This document shows, one piece after another, positions 18,647 through 27,892 of a DNA stretch of 57,244 nucleotides. The translations under genes were made by a program, and so were the position numbers. Source of the DNA: a virus (lineage: Duplodnaviria; Caudoviricetes); IMG/VR virus record IMGVR_UViG_3300044838_000003, positions 1-57,244 of that record; one strand, 5' to 3'. Below the pieces are notes generated by a model. It saw nothing but the letters and a program-made list of their open reading frames with translations, made no database searches and was not told the DNA's origin. The number at the start of each line of letters is the position of its first letter. Position 1 is the stretch's first letter.

Positions 18647-19245
18647 CCGACGCGGCGGCGGTTACCACCGCTAACCCGTTCTCGTTTCAACCGTGGCCCA
18701 AACTGCCACGGTTGAACCGGGAGATCATCGTCACCGAGAAGATCGACGGGACCAACGCTGCCATCCAGTTCGATGAGGATGGCAACTGGGCAACCCAGTC
18801 TCGGAAGCGGCTGATCACTCCGGGCAAGGACACGGACAACTACGGCTTCGCCGCGTGGGTCGAAGAGAACCACGAGGACCTGTTCATCGACTTGGGTCCT
18901 GGGATTCACTTCGGCGAGTGGTGGGGCAAGGGCATCCTCCGGAACTACGGGCTGGACCATCGACGGTTCAGCCTCTTCAACACCAGCCGTTGGGCGGGCG
19001 TCAACTTCATCACACCGAAGGTACGCACCGTTCCGGTCCTCTACCGAGGCCCGAACCGCACCGCGGAAATAACCCTGGTCGGTCTGATGTTGAGGATGAA
19101 TGGCAGCGTTGCCATGCCGGGGTTCGACAAGCCAGAGGGCATCGTGGTGTTCCACACCGCGGCCAACCAGATGTTCAAGGTCACCCTCGAAGACGACGAG
19201 AACCCGAAGAGCGTCCTACCAGGAGCAGGTGATCCGATTGGCTGA
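18643..19245 (+). CDS. RNA ligase (Rnl2-type nucleotidyltransferase domain)
   Basis: TEKIDGTN (KxDG motif I), FGEWWG, FSLF, PEGIVV, MFK. Confidence 0.85.
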   Translation: MTDAAAVTTANPFSFQPWPKLPRLNREIIVTEKIDGTNAAIQFDEDGNWATQSRKRLITPGKDTDNYGFAAWVEENHEDLFIDLGPGIHFGEWWGKGILRNYGLDHRRFSLFNTSRWAGVNFITPKVRTVPVLYRGPNRTAEITLVGLMLRMNGSVAMPGFDKPEGIVVFHTAANQMFKVTLEDDENPKSVLPGAGDPIG

Positions 19246-19573
19246 TCGACTGACTTGTCTCCTGATCCGTCCGATCCAGGACGACCTTCCCATCGACGTG
19301 CAGGCTGTCGGCCTGCGCGAAGAGGCGCTGCTGGCTATGGAGAAGGTAGCCGACGTGGAGCGTTCCTCGCTCCGCTACAAGCACGCCTCGGACAACGCCA
19401 CCATCCTGCTGGACAACGGTACGATGATCAGTCTGTGGCAACACAACAGCATCGGAGCACTATTCCGGGCTGATGGGAAGGTCCACAAGGAAGTGGTCCT
19501 GCCGAGCTACGAGCACGAGGAATCAAAACGGCACTGGACTACGGTGTCGTTCGAGCGCGACGGTATGTTCTAG
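19238..19573 (+). CDS. Hypothetical protein
   Basis: Fills the gap between ligase and polymerase; start uncertain. Confidence 0.6.
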   Translation: MADRLTCLLIRPIQDDLPIDVQAVGLREEALLAMEKVADVERSSLRYKHASDNATILLDNGTMISLWQHNSIGALFRADGKVHKEVVLPSYEHEESKRHWTTVSFERDGMF

Positions 19574-19581
19574 GAGGAAAC

Positions 19582-21399
19582 GTGATCGTTATCGAAGAGA
19601 CCGTTGCCGGTAGTCCGGTGACGATCAACGTCCTAGAGGACATCGAAGACATCGAGGCAGTCGAGGGGTTCGTCGCCAAGCACGGCGGCGAGCTTCTCGG
19701 CCTCGACACCGAGACCACCGGTCTCGACATCTACGTGAAGGACTACCGCATCCGTCTGTTCCAGTTTGGAACGGCCCGCGAGTCCTTCGTCATCCCGATG
19801 GACGAGCACAAGTTCGACGGGACGGCCCGCATGGTGCTCGACAAGTGCGAGCAGTTCGTGCTGCACAACGCCAGCTTCGACTTGCAGGTCCTAGCCCAGA
19901 CGTTGGAGTACCCGATGGATAAGCTGTGGCCGAAGGTCACGGACACCTACACCCTCGCTCACCTGGTGGAGTCCAGGGCCAAGAAGGAAGGTGGCATCGA
20001 CAAGAAGCTAGAGAATCTGGCCGAGTACTACATCTCGCCCGAGGACGCGGAGCGGATCAAGGGCCAGATCCCCGCGCTGGCCGCGAAGTACAAGGCCACC
20101 AGGGTCACGATCTGGAAGAAGGTGGACCAGTTTGACCGCGACTACCTCACCTACGCTGGCATGGACCCGGTGTGGGCCGTACGACTACACGAGATCCTCT
20201 ACCCGCTGGTGCCGAAGGTCTCGCTGGGTCTCCTACCCTTCGAGCGAGAGGTCGCACGGGTCTGCTCGAAGATGGAGCAAAACGGGTTCCTCTTGGACGT
20301 GGAGTACACCACGAAGTTCCGCGACGAGCTGAAAGCGGCCGAGTCGATCCAGAAGGAGATCGCCTCGTCGTTCGGGGTAGAGCGTGTCTCGGCTAACGCC
20401 GAGGTCATCGAGGCCCTAGAGCAGTTCGGGGTCACCATCGACGGTCGTACTCCTGGTGGAGACAAGCAGGTCAACGACGCATTCTTGCAGCGCGTCGTGG
20501 CTGGCGGGGGCCAGGCCGGTGAGCTGGCTGCTGCGGTCATCGCAGCCAAGCGGATCGGCAAGCAGCGTACCTCGTGGATCGAGAACTTCCTGAAGGGCCG
20601 CGACCCGAGCGATCGGGTCCACCCCCACATCCACCCGCTGCAAGCACGTACCGGCCGGATGAGCATCAGCAATCCGGCCACCCAGCAGCTCCCTAGCGAC
20701 CGTTGGGAGGTTCGGCGATGCTTCCTAGCCGACGAGGGCCATTCGATCGCCAGCGTGGACTACGCGTCCCAGGAACTACGTGTCCTAGCCGCGTTGTCCG
20801 GGGACCGGACGATGAGCACCGCGCTACTGCGCGGAGACAACCTCCACTTGCTGACCGCCCGAGCCGCTTTCGGGAACCACATCACCAAGGAGATGAACGA
20901 GTACAAGTACGGGAAGACGACGAACTTCTCGAAGGTGTACGGCGGCGGTGCGAAGAGCATCGCGGAGAAGTTCGACCTGCCGTTCCCGGTCGCCAAGAAG
21001 ATCGTTGACGCGTTCGACAACACCTACAAGGAGGTGCCGGTATTCTCAGCGAAACTCCAAGCGGAGGCGACGAAGACGGGATACATCGTGACGCCGACAG
21101 GTCGCCGTCTCGCTGTGGATGCAGATCGTGCCTACTCGGCGCTGAACTACGTGATCCAGTCAACGAGTCGGGATGTTACCGCGTCGGCGTTACTCCGTCT
21201 GGACGCGGAAGGTTTTACCCCGTATCTCCGACTCCCTATCCACGACGAGGTTTTGGCGAGCCTGCCTGCCGACAAGGCTGAGTGGGGCGCCAACCGCATC
21301 GGGGAGATCATGCGACACCAGATGGGCGCGATGCCCATCACCACCGACGCTGAAGTGGGACTCCGGTCCTGGGGCAGCCTATACGGAGCGGACTACTGA
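19582..21399 (+). CDS. polA: DNA polymerase I (family A, with 3'-5' exonuclease)
   Basis: DTETTG, HNASFD, RTGRMS, DYASQELR, KTTNFSKVYGGG, PIHDE. Confidence 0.97.
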   Translation: MIVIEETVAGSPVTINVLEDIEDIEAVEGFVAKHGGELLGLDTETTGLDIYVKDYRIRLFQFGTARESFVIPMDEHKFDGTARMVLDKCEQFVLHNASFDLQVLAQTLEYPMDKLWPKVTDTYTLAHLVESRAKKEGGIDKKLENLAEYYISPEDAERIKGQIPALAAKYKATRVTIWKKVDQFDRDYLTYAGMDPVWAVRLHEILYPLVPKVSLGLLPFEREVARVCSKMEQNGFLLDVEYTTKFRDELKAAESIQKEIASSFGVERVSANAEVIEALEQFGVTIDGRTPGGDKQVNDAFLQRVVAGGGQAGELAAAVIAAKRIGKQRTSWIENFLKGRDPSDRVHPHIHPLQARTGRMSISNPATQQLPSDRWEVRRCFLADEGHSIASVDYASQELRVLAALSGDRTMSTALLRGDNLHLLTARAAFGNHITKEMNEYKYGKTTNFSKVYGGGAKSIAEKFDLPFPVAKKIVDAFDNTYKEVPVFSAKLQAEATKTGYIVTPTGRRLAVDADRAYSALNYVIQSTSRDVTASALLRLDAEGFTPYLRLPIHDEVLASLPADKAEWGANRIGEIMRHQMGAMPITTDAEVGLRSWGSLYGADY

Positions 21400-21611
21400 T
21401 GGCTACAGATAGCAGCGAGAAGATGCTCCGCATTCCCCCCTTTCCTGGGTGGTTCGCGGAGCTGACTGACGCGGACTACTTCGGGGTCAACCCCGATTTC
21501 GTCTACCTCACCCTGAGTACCAAGATCTCCAAGCAGGAGATCGCCGATGGCAAGTGGGACATGGGTCAGATCACGGCCAAGCTGAAGGAGGTGTTCGATG
21601 GGAATGGATGA
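21399..21611 (+). CDS. Hypothetical protein
   Basis: TGATG overlap. Confidence 0.6.
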   Translation: MATDSSEKMLRIPPFPGWFAELTDADYFGVNPDFVYLTLSTKISKQEIADGKWDMGQITAKLKEVFDGNG

Positions 21612-21981
21612 CCGGGACTTCATGGACATGATGTACCAGGGCATGACCAAGACGACCCACGCCGAGACGGCCTACTGGGGGTTCGAGCCCGACCTCTCCG
21701 AGCGCGGGTTCGACATCTTCTACGTGGACCAGTCTGCGCCCGACGAGAAGCAGATCCTAGGCTGGGTCGAGCACGAGGTGGACGCGGCTTTTATCACCGC
21801 GGTCCACGGAGCCTTCCCGGACATACACCGACGCTGGCTGATGGCCCTAGACGAAGCGGAGCAAAAGGATGCGGAGAAGGATGAAGCGGAGTCTACTGCC
21901 GCCGACCTCTCGGAGCGCCTCGGCGCCTACGAGGCCAGGTACGGGATCGAGGACTGGCATGGCAAAGCAAGCGGGTCGTAA
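21598..21981 (+). CDS. Hypothetical protein
   Basis: AGGAGG RBS; acidic. Confidence 0.7.
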   Translation: MGMDDRDFMDMMYQGMTKTTHAETAYWGFEPDLSERGFDIFYVDQSAPDEKQILGWVEHEVDAAFITAVHGAFPDIHRRWLMALDEAEQKDAEKDEAESTAADLSERLGAYEARYGIEDWHGKASGS

Positions 21982-22032
21982 GCCACCTCCTGGACCGCCG
22001 TACAACGTGGTTGACCTGAAGGAGTTGGGACG

Positions 22033-22383
22033 ATGATGTTCATACCGTGGTTCGACGTGGAGCACATCGCCGGCGATACCTCTTGGATCGCCGCGCTGTC
22101 GGTTACCATCGTCAACGACGACCACGAACGCAACGTCCGAGAGATCTATTCGGGCGGTCAGGTAGTCAAGACCAAAGTCTCAGCCGCCGAGATCTTCGAG
22201 CGGATGGGCGCTGCTATCGAAGGAGCCCGCAATGCCGAACTGGAAGCTATGGCGCAAGCGGGGACTGAGATTCCCGAACGGAATCCCGAGGGTGGCAGTA
22301 CCATCGTCACCGACGAAGCCGGAATCACGCACGGTACTCTTCTCGACGGTAGACCGTTCACCATCGAGGGCACCAGAGACTAG
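22033..22383 (+). CDS. Hypothetical protein
   Basis: AAGGAG RBS. Confidence 0.65.
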   Translation: MMFIPWFDVEHIAGDTSWIAALSVTIVNDDHERNVREIYSGGQVVKTKVSAAEIFERMGAAIEGARNAELEAMAQAGTEIPERNPEGGSTIVTDEAGITHGTLLDGRPFTIEGTRD

Positions 22384-22556
22384 GTACTGGGACGAGCACT
22401 ACAACTGGCTGCCCGAGGATTTCTTCGACATCACCCCGTGGCTCGGGGCGCTGGGAATCATACAGCTCTGGGCGGTGTTAACCCTAGCAGACGCAGAACA
22501 CGAGGAGGACTACTACCGCGGAGCGGTGGAGGTTCCTCCTCTGGAAGGAGAAACCG

Positions 22557-23051
22557 ATGCCGCACCCATACTGGCCGACGACCAGCGATGGTACGATGAC
22601 GGTGGCCGAGGCGATCCAGATCGCCCGTCCGGGCTGGCATGAGTACTTCCTCGGGATCGCCCGAGCAGCAGCCGCCCGTAGCGACTGTGTTCGATCGAAA
22701 GTGGGAGCTGTTCTTGTCCGAGAGCGTCGTGTACGCTCTACCGGGTACAACGGGGCACCGGCCGGAATGGCTGGTTGTGGGACATGTCCAAGGGCGAGGT
22801 CCGTGGTTGCACCTCTCTCCGGGGGATACGATACTCCTGGGGCGGCAGGAGCTTGTGTGGCCGTCCACGCGGAAGTCAACGCTGTCCTTTACGCCGAGCG
22901 CAGCGATGTCGTCGGCAGCACTGTCTACGTTACTCGCGGGCCCTGTGCGGCCTGCACCAAAACCTGCCGCGCCGCGGGAGTCCACTTCATCGTCTGGCCT
23001 GTTGAGGACGTTGGTTCAATTGTCGTCCAAGATCTGAGGGTGAGCTGCTGA
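22557..23051 (+). CDS. dCMP (deoxycytidylate) deaminase
   Basis: WHEYFLGIA, STGYNG, HAEVNA, PCAAC; GAAGGAG RBS. Confidence 0.92.
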   Translation: MPHPYWPTTSDGTMTVAEAIQIARPGWHEYFLGIARAAAARSDCVRSKVGAVLVRERRVRSTGYNGAPAGMAGCGTCPRARSVVAPLSGGYDTPGAAGACVAVHAEVNAVLYAERSDVVGSTVYVTRGPCAACTKTCRAAGVHFIVWPVEDVGSIVVQDLRVSC

Positions 23052-23323
23052 TGTGGCCCAACAACGATCCGGAGATGATGCAGATACTCTCCGACCACCC
23101 GCTGCCCATACCGGACAGCTTCACCAAGCTGCCGATCCAGAAGATCGGTGTGGTCGTCAACGTGTCCACCGAGGTGTTCGAGCAGGCCGAGAAGGACCGG
23201 CTGGACTTCCTGTTCTACATGACCCACCGCGAGGAGATCAAGGCCCAGAACGCAGCGTTCGCCACGTACTGGCCTAACCACCCGTCCTTCGACAACCCGA
23301 ACATCGTGAGAGGATACAACTGA
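23051..23323 (+). CDS. Hypothetical protein
   Basis: TGATG overlaps. Confidence 0.65.
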   Translation: MWPNNDPEMMQILSDHPLPIPDSFTKLPIQKIGVVVNVSTEVFEQAEKDRLDFLFYMTHREEIKAQNAAFATYWPNHPSFDNPNIVRGYN

Positions 23324-23499
23324 TGAGGATCAAGAAACTACGCCGCGAGCTGAAGCAGGAGCTGAAGGACCACGGCAACATCGAGGTCGAGATGGCCCAG
23401 TACGGCGGCTACGGCAACGAGGCCCGCGTCGATGGTACCGAGCTGCTGCGGCGCTACAACTACGGTACCGAGCTGCCCCCGGTGCTGCGTCTCTGGTGA
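23323..23499 (+). CDS. Small hypothetical protein (58 aa, MRIKKLRREL...)
   Basis: Translated by hand; TGATG overlap, GAGGA RBS. Confidence 0.55.
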   Translation: MRIKKLRRELKQELKDHGNIEVEMAQYGGYGNEARVDGTELLRRYNYGTELPPVLRLW

Positions 23500-23503
23500 T
23501 CCG

Positions 23504-23656
23504 ATGAGGCCCAGTACGGACTACGAGTACCGGTTCGACATACCCTACGTGGTGATCGACTGGTACCGTCCCAACCAGGTTAGGCCCGTCTTCACCACCA
23601 TCCGTCCAAAGCCCACCAGGGGAAAGCACAGTAAACGGCCCTGGTTTCTCTTCTAG
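23504..23656 (+). CDS. Small hypothetical protein (50 aa), last gene of the early arm
   Basis: ATG 4 nt after the upstream stop. Confidence 0.45.
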   Translation: MRPSTDYEYRFDIPYVVIDWYRPNQVRPVFTTIRPKPTRGKHSKRPWFLF

Positions 23657-23712
23657 CCCTTCGCCCCACCAGGGCGAATGGCGATACGAGGGGCCACAAG
23701 CCGCTCTAACGC

Positions 23713-23756
23713 AAGAAACCCCCTCCCGGACCACATTGGTCTGGGAGGGGGCTTTT
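23713..23756. terminator. Bidirectional intrinsic terminator between the two convergent arms
   Basis: AAGAAA-CCCCCTCCCGGACCA-cat-TGGTCTGGGAGGGGG-CTTTT. Confidence 0.85.
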
Positions 23757-23768
23757 CGTCGTTCTGGG

Positions 23769-23912
23769 TTAGGAGGGGTTGGGCAGGGACGCTATCGCAG
23801 CCTCGACGGCTGCCCGTACTTGCTCGACCGTGAAGAGCTTGTTGGGGTCCGGGGCGGGAACATCGTTCTCATCCAGCGGGACGCTGGTCATCGGTAGCTC
23901 GTGAAGGCCCAT
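23769..23912 (-). CDS. Small hypothetical protein (47 aa), last gene of the structural arm
   Basis: Translated by hand (MGLHELPMTS...LPNPS); TGATG overlap with the minor tail stop. Confidence 0.55.
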   Translation of the reverse strand: MGLHELPMTSVPLDENDVPAPDPNKLFTVEQVRAAVEAAIASLPNPS

Positions 23913-26140
23913 CAGGCAATCCTGCTTACTGTGAGGTAGGTAGCGATCCCGGTACCTTCTCCGAGGAGGTAGTAGGTACCGGACCCGGAGACGGAGGGTC
24001 CGGGAGCCCAGGTCTCCGACACGCCACCGTCACCTATCGCGTTGAACTCGTAGGTGCCGCTGATGTGGATGATGTCGTTGTTGGTGAACCCGAACTGGGA
24101 ATAGGTGGATATGGTGGGGCCCGGTGTCACATGCTGCAGCACCGCCCCGGTGGTGCTCCCGGTCAGCGCCGCCCACGACCCGGAGAGGGACGAGATGCGG
24201 ATAGCGTGGGTTACCCGGTACCGACCCGGCGTATAGATCGCCAGCCCAGATGTCCCCATCACGATGTCCGGTGAGCAGTATTCCGTCGTATCGTAGATCG
24301 TGGAGCCCAAGCCTACGGCTGCGCCCTTCGAGAGGGCCACCGCGGTGGTGGAGGCGCGGTAGAACCGAGCCGACGTGCCGTACGTGGTAGCCGTAGCGTT
24401 GGAGTCCTGCAGCTTGAACTGGGTGATCCTGGCCGGGGGGAACGTGTCGTTCGCGATACCCTTGGTAGCCAGCATGTCCTGACCGCCGCCTCGGTATGAG
24501 GCGCCCATCTGGGATGAGGTACCGGACTCTGTGTAGTCGATGACCACCGCGCCGTTTACCCTGACCTGGTACTTGCGGTGTCCTGCTGCTGTACCGCAGA
24601 CCAGCTCCACCAGAGCGCCCGCGGGCACCGTTAGGGAGCTGGCCGTAGCCCACGCCGTCTGTTCTACGCCGGATACGGCGTAGCCTAGCTGGACCGAGTT
24701 GTAGTTCACCCGAGCGTAGACGTAGTTGTTCCCGGCCGAGTCCATCCGGCTCTTGATCGTGTTCTTTGGACCCGTACCACCGGCCATGCTCTTGGCCGCG
24801 TCCTGGAATACCGCCGACACTATCTGGTCGTCGGTGAGGGTAACGCCAGCGGTGAACCGGCCCGTCAGCTTCAGGTCGATGGTGCTGGTCGCTACCAGCG
24901 TCATGTCGAAGATGCCGAGAGAGGACTTGGTGGCGATGTTGCCGTTGGTGGCTGCGACCGTCCACTGACTCCCCCAGGTGGAGCCCGAAGTACCCGCCGT
25001 GGAGACGAACTTCTGACCCGCGACCGATGGGTTCGCTGTGATCAGCGAATCTACGGCTGCCTGTACGGTAGCCAGCGTATCTTGGTTGGTCACCACGGTG
25101 GTGTGGGTGTCTATGGCAAACGTACCCACGTCGCCGCTCACCGCGGCCGGGGCCGTGGTGCCCTTGGTGTCGTTCCAGAGCTGCTTCCAGTCTGCCTGAG
25201 CAGAGTACCAGGTACGACGCGCCGGCCCGTAGGCCGTCGAGGTAGTCGTCGCCGTATCGCTCGGGGTACCGAGCGGGTAGTACAGGTGCAGCCCGTCCCC
25301 GTAGATGATCCAGAGATCCTCGGCCATCCTGGACCACCACGCCTGTTGCGTGGTGATGCTGGTGTTGTTGCCCGCTAGCTGGGCACCTGCCGCGGTAGCG
25401 GACCCCAGCCCGATGGAAGCTAGGAACGCGTTCCACTTGGCCTGTGAGGCCAAGGTAGCCGCCGCTACGTCGGCGGGCGTACCGACACCCCAGGACGCCA
25501 TGAAGGCGGTCCAGTTGGCTGCCGCTGTCTTGGCCCAGTCGTAGTTGCCCGAGATGATGTTGGCCACCGTAGCCGATAGGGTCGGGTCGAGGCCGAGGTC
25601 TACGAACAGCGTGGACCACCAGGTGGCGACCGTGGCAGCCGAGCTGCCAGCAGTCGGGTAGGAGCTGAGCTGGGCGAACAGCGTGTCCCACCACGCCTTA
25701 GCGTCTGCCCACAGGAACGAGTTCGGGTTGAATATGTCGTCCAACCACTGCTGGAACGCTTCCAGCGACATCATAAGCTGGATGTTGAATTGGCCCAGCA
25801 CGGTCTCTACCGCGGTCTCGGTGTCCACGAAGTCCGCGTTGGTAGATCCGGGGATGAACGGCTGAAGCAGCTTGAGAGCGTCCAGCGACATCGTGTTGAG
25901 GAACGTACCCAGGTTGGTCAGAGCTGACGCGATCGTGCCGTCACCAGGACCCATGTTCATAGCGGTCGAGTAGACGAACGACTTCACGAAGTCCTCGCCC
26001 GTTATGTCCTGACCGAAGTTGGTCCCGGACCCCGAGCTGGCGTCGTCTATCTGGTAGGCACCGATGCCCAGCAGGGCAGACATGTTCTTGATGTTGCCGG
26101 CCTGCCCCGGCGCGTCCGGGTAGGGAGTATCGGTGACCAT
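23912..26140 (-). CDS. Minor tail protein / putative receptor-binding protein
   Basis: 742 aa; helical N-half, beta-rich Gly/Thr C-half with YRGGG motif; position at the end of the tail module. Confidence 0.8.
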   Translation of the reverse strand: MVTDTPYPDAPGQAGNIKNMSALLGIGAYQIDDASSGSGTNFGQDITGEDFVKSFVYSTAMNMGPGDGTIASALTNLGTFLNTMSLDALKLLQPFIPGSTNADFVDTETAVETVLGQFNIQLMMSLEAFQQWLDDIFNPNSFLWADAKAWWDTLFAQLSSYPTAGSSAATVATWWSTLFVDLGLDPTLSATVANIISGNYDWAKTAAANWTAFMASWGVGTPADVAAATLASQAKWNAFLASIGLGSATAAGAQLAGNNTSITTQQAWWSRMAEDLWIIYGDGLHLYYPLGTPSDTATTTSTAYGPARRTWYSAQADWKQLWNDTKGTTAPAAVSGDVGTFAIDTHTTVVTNQDTLATVQAAVDSLITANPSVAGQKFVSTAGTSGSTWGSQWTVAATNGNIATKSSLGIFDMTLVATSTIDLKLTGRFTAGVTLTDDQIVSAVFQDAAKSMAGGTGPKNTIKSRMDSAGNNYVYARVNYNSVQLGYAVSGVEQTAWATASSLTVPAGALVELVCGTAAGHRKYQVRVNGAVVIDYTESGTSSQMGASYRGGGQDMLATKGIANDTFPPARITQFKLQDSNATATTYGTSARFYRASTTAVALSKGAAVGLGSTIYDTTEYCSPDIVMGTSGLAIYTPGRYRVTHAIRISSLSGSWAALTGSTTGAVLQHVTPGPTISTYSQFGFTNNDIIHISGTYEFNAIGDGGVSETWAPGPSVSGSGTYYLLGEGTGIATYLTVSRIA

Positions 26141-26143
26141 GTT

Positions 26144-26815
26144 TTACGCTCCTGGTCCAGGTAGAGGCAGTGGGATCTGGTTCGGGGTGAACTCTGGGTC
26201 GCGCTGTGGGTCCGCGGGGTCCGCGTCGTGGATACCGGGGGCCAGCGGAGGGCCGGGAGGTGGAATCACAGCATCTGGGGGCGGGGCCGCGGTCGGGTCA
26301 GGCTCCCCGGGAGGGAGGATCTGGTTGACCACCACGATGATGTTGGGGTCCACCGGGGGCCACGGCGCGTTCAGCGCCAGCGGCGCGCGCTCGGTGGCCG
26401 GGCACTTGACGCCGTTGAAGTTCAGCGGATCACGCCACGCACCGATACCGTTGGGTGGTGCTGCGATGTACCGCTCGTCCGGACAGCGCCAGCTCTGTGA
26501 CCACAGCGACATGCCGATGCCCAAGTGGACACCCAGCCCGCCCGTGGGCAGCAGTCCGGGGGAGTACGTCGACCCACCCGTCATGTAGGAGCCAAGCTCG
26601 GCGTGCAGGTGCTGCAGTCCACGCTCGATCGGGTAGTTGCAGATGTACCCTACCGCCTCGCCTATGAGAGGCTGCACACGGGCCTGAAAGCCCGTCGCGG
26701 GGTAGGGACACTGCATGAGGTCCGCTCGTGCGGGAGCGTTACCGACAGGACCCACCAGGAGCATCCCCAGTGCGGTCGCTATCAGGATGAGCACACGCTT
26801 CAGCTTCATGGTCAT
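26144..26815 (-). CDS. Secreted Cys-containing protein with a Pro-rich C-terminus
   Basis: Signal peptide MKLKRVLILIATALGMLLV...ARA; four Cys; poly-Pro tail. Confidence 0.7.
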   Translation of the reverse strand: MTMKLKRVLILIATALGMLLVGPVGNAPARADLMQCPYPATGFQARVQPLIGEAVGYICNYPIERGLQHLHAELGSYMTGGSTYSPGLLPTGGLGVHLGIGMSLWSQSWRCPDERYIAAPPNGIGAWRDPLNFNGVKCPATERAPLALNAPWPPVDPNIIVVVNQILPPGEPDPTAAPPPDAVIPPPGPPLAPGIHDADPADPQRDPEFTPNQIPLPLPGPGA

Positions 26816-26987
26816 GGCGAACCTTCCAACGATCGACTATTCCCCGACCGTACAATGCTATCGAGGCCGAGGCGAACGAAGTCGCACCCAGCCAGAGGAC
26901 GTTTTCAAGAAGTGGATGCCCGAGATGTGGGACCGCGGCGCCCGAGAACGCCGCGATCATCACAGTCAGGTTGGTCATCTCCCGCAT
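26739..26987 (-). CDS. Small membrane protein
   Basis: Two hydrophobic stretches; fills the gap; overlaps its neighbours. Confidence 0.45.
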   Translation of the reverse strand: MREMTNLTVMIAAFSGAAVPHLGHPLLENVLWLGATSFASASIALYGRGIVDRWKVRHDHEAEACAHPDSDRTGDAPGGSCR

Positions 26988-27325
26988 CGGATGTCCGGTA
27001 GGGGAGTGGGCTTCTCCTGGTAGAACAGGTTGAGAGCCCTGTTGGATACACCTTGCAGCCACGCCAGCCGTTCGGGGCCGTAGACATCAGCCCCCGGAGG
27101 CGGGGTGCTGAAGTCCTTGATCCAGGACGCTATAGCCTCGCGTTGGTTCTCGGTAGCCTGAGCACGGTCGATCAGCGCGGAGCGGAACTCCTCGTCGCAG
27201 GACGCTTCGCGGTAGTTGATGAACATCGTGTAGCCAGATACACCGGCTACCGTAATCCACACCGCCGCGAGAGTCCTAGCCGTGGGGCTGGTTATCTTCC
27301 GGAGCCACGTCTTCATCATCGTCAC
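26975..27325 (-). CDS. Single-pass membrane protein with a helical ectodomain
   Basis: Basic N-terminus, TM LAAVWITVAGVSGYTMFI, two Cys. Confidence 0.7.
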   Translation of the reverse strand: MTMMKTWLRKITSPTARTLAAVWITVAGVSGYTMFINYREASCDEEFRSALIDRAQATENQREAIASWIKDFSTPPPGADVYGPERLAWLQGVSNRALNLFYQEKPTPLPDIRCGR

Positions 27326-27536
27326 CTGCCTTAGCCTTTGGTTCCCTGGTCTTGCCCGCTTCGAGTGCCTTGCTGGTGCCGAACCAGCCCAGGACGCCCA
27401 TCACCACGGTGCCTAGATCCTTGGGCGGGGGTGGGCCACCGTGCATCGCCCACCAGGGCCAGAACGCGTAGACACCGATGGTAGCCGGGAAAATAACATC
27501 GACGGTCTTCAGCCGTCGCCAGTGCTTGAACACCAT
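27276..27536 (-). CDS. Two-TM membrane protein
   Basis: VIFPATIGVYAFWPWW and VVMGVLGWFG segments. Confidence 0.65.
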   Translation of the reverse strand: MVFKHWRRLKTVDVIFPATIGVYAFWPWWAMHGGPPPPKDLGTVVMGVLGWFGTSKALEAGKTREPKAKAGDDDEDVAPEDNQPHG

Positions 27537-27577
27537 CGTTGCCCCTACTCATCGTGTTGCCCCGAGGGACTTAACTG

Positions 27578-27892
27578 CTAGCCGCGTGCGCCGCGCTCGT
27601 CGTGTACGGTGACCGGTAGAACCGGCTCTGGCTCGGTGAGTGCTTGGATAGCCTGTACACCGGCCGTGGTGGTGCTAAGCGCCGCGGTGACGGCCTGGGA
27701 CTTGGCGCCGTAGGCGACTACCGCGATCAGGATCGAGACGATGGCCGAGCCTCCGGAGAGGCTGATCAGCGTCTCCCAGTCGATACCGTACAGGTGGGCG
27801 GCGTTGCCTCCCAGGATCGGGATAGCTACGGTAGCGGCGTGCTGCGCCGCGGATAGCAGGGTCGCTTGGACCCAGGTCAGGTTAAGAGCCAC
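27578..27892 (-). CDS. Holin (r1t-type)
   Basis: W-x2-AT...A-x3-AA-x...IDW-x3-SLS-GG-x-AIVSIL pattern of r1t holins; two TMs. Confidence 0.65.
   Translation of the reverse strand: MALNLTWVQATLLSAAQHAATVAIPILGGNAAHLYGIDWETLISLSGGSAIVSILIAVVAYGAKSQAVTAALSTTTAGVQAIQALTEPEPVLPVTVHDERGARG

Noticed and set aside
14872-21399. Inteins or introns in NrdJ or Pol I
   Set aside because: Both have ordinary lengths with contiguous motifs and no intein splice-junction signatures.
23320-23339. CTGATGAG...GAAAC resembling a hammerhead ribozyme core
   Set aside because: No stem II or flanking stems; it is a TGATG stop-start overlap between two genes.
23434-23476. 13-nt direct repeat GGTACCGAGCTGC as a possible att core
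   Set aside because: Both copies lie in frame inside a small ORF (GTEL twice), and there is no integrase.
24030-25694. 554-aa alternative-frame ORF inside the minor tail gene
   Set aside because: Arg/His/Gly-rich shadow ORF expected from high GC3; no motifs or RBS.
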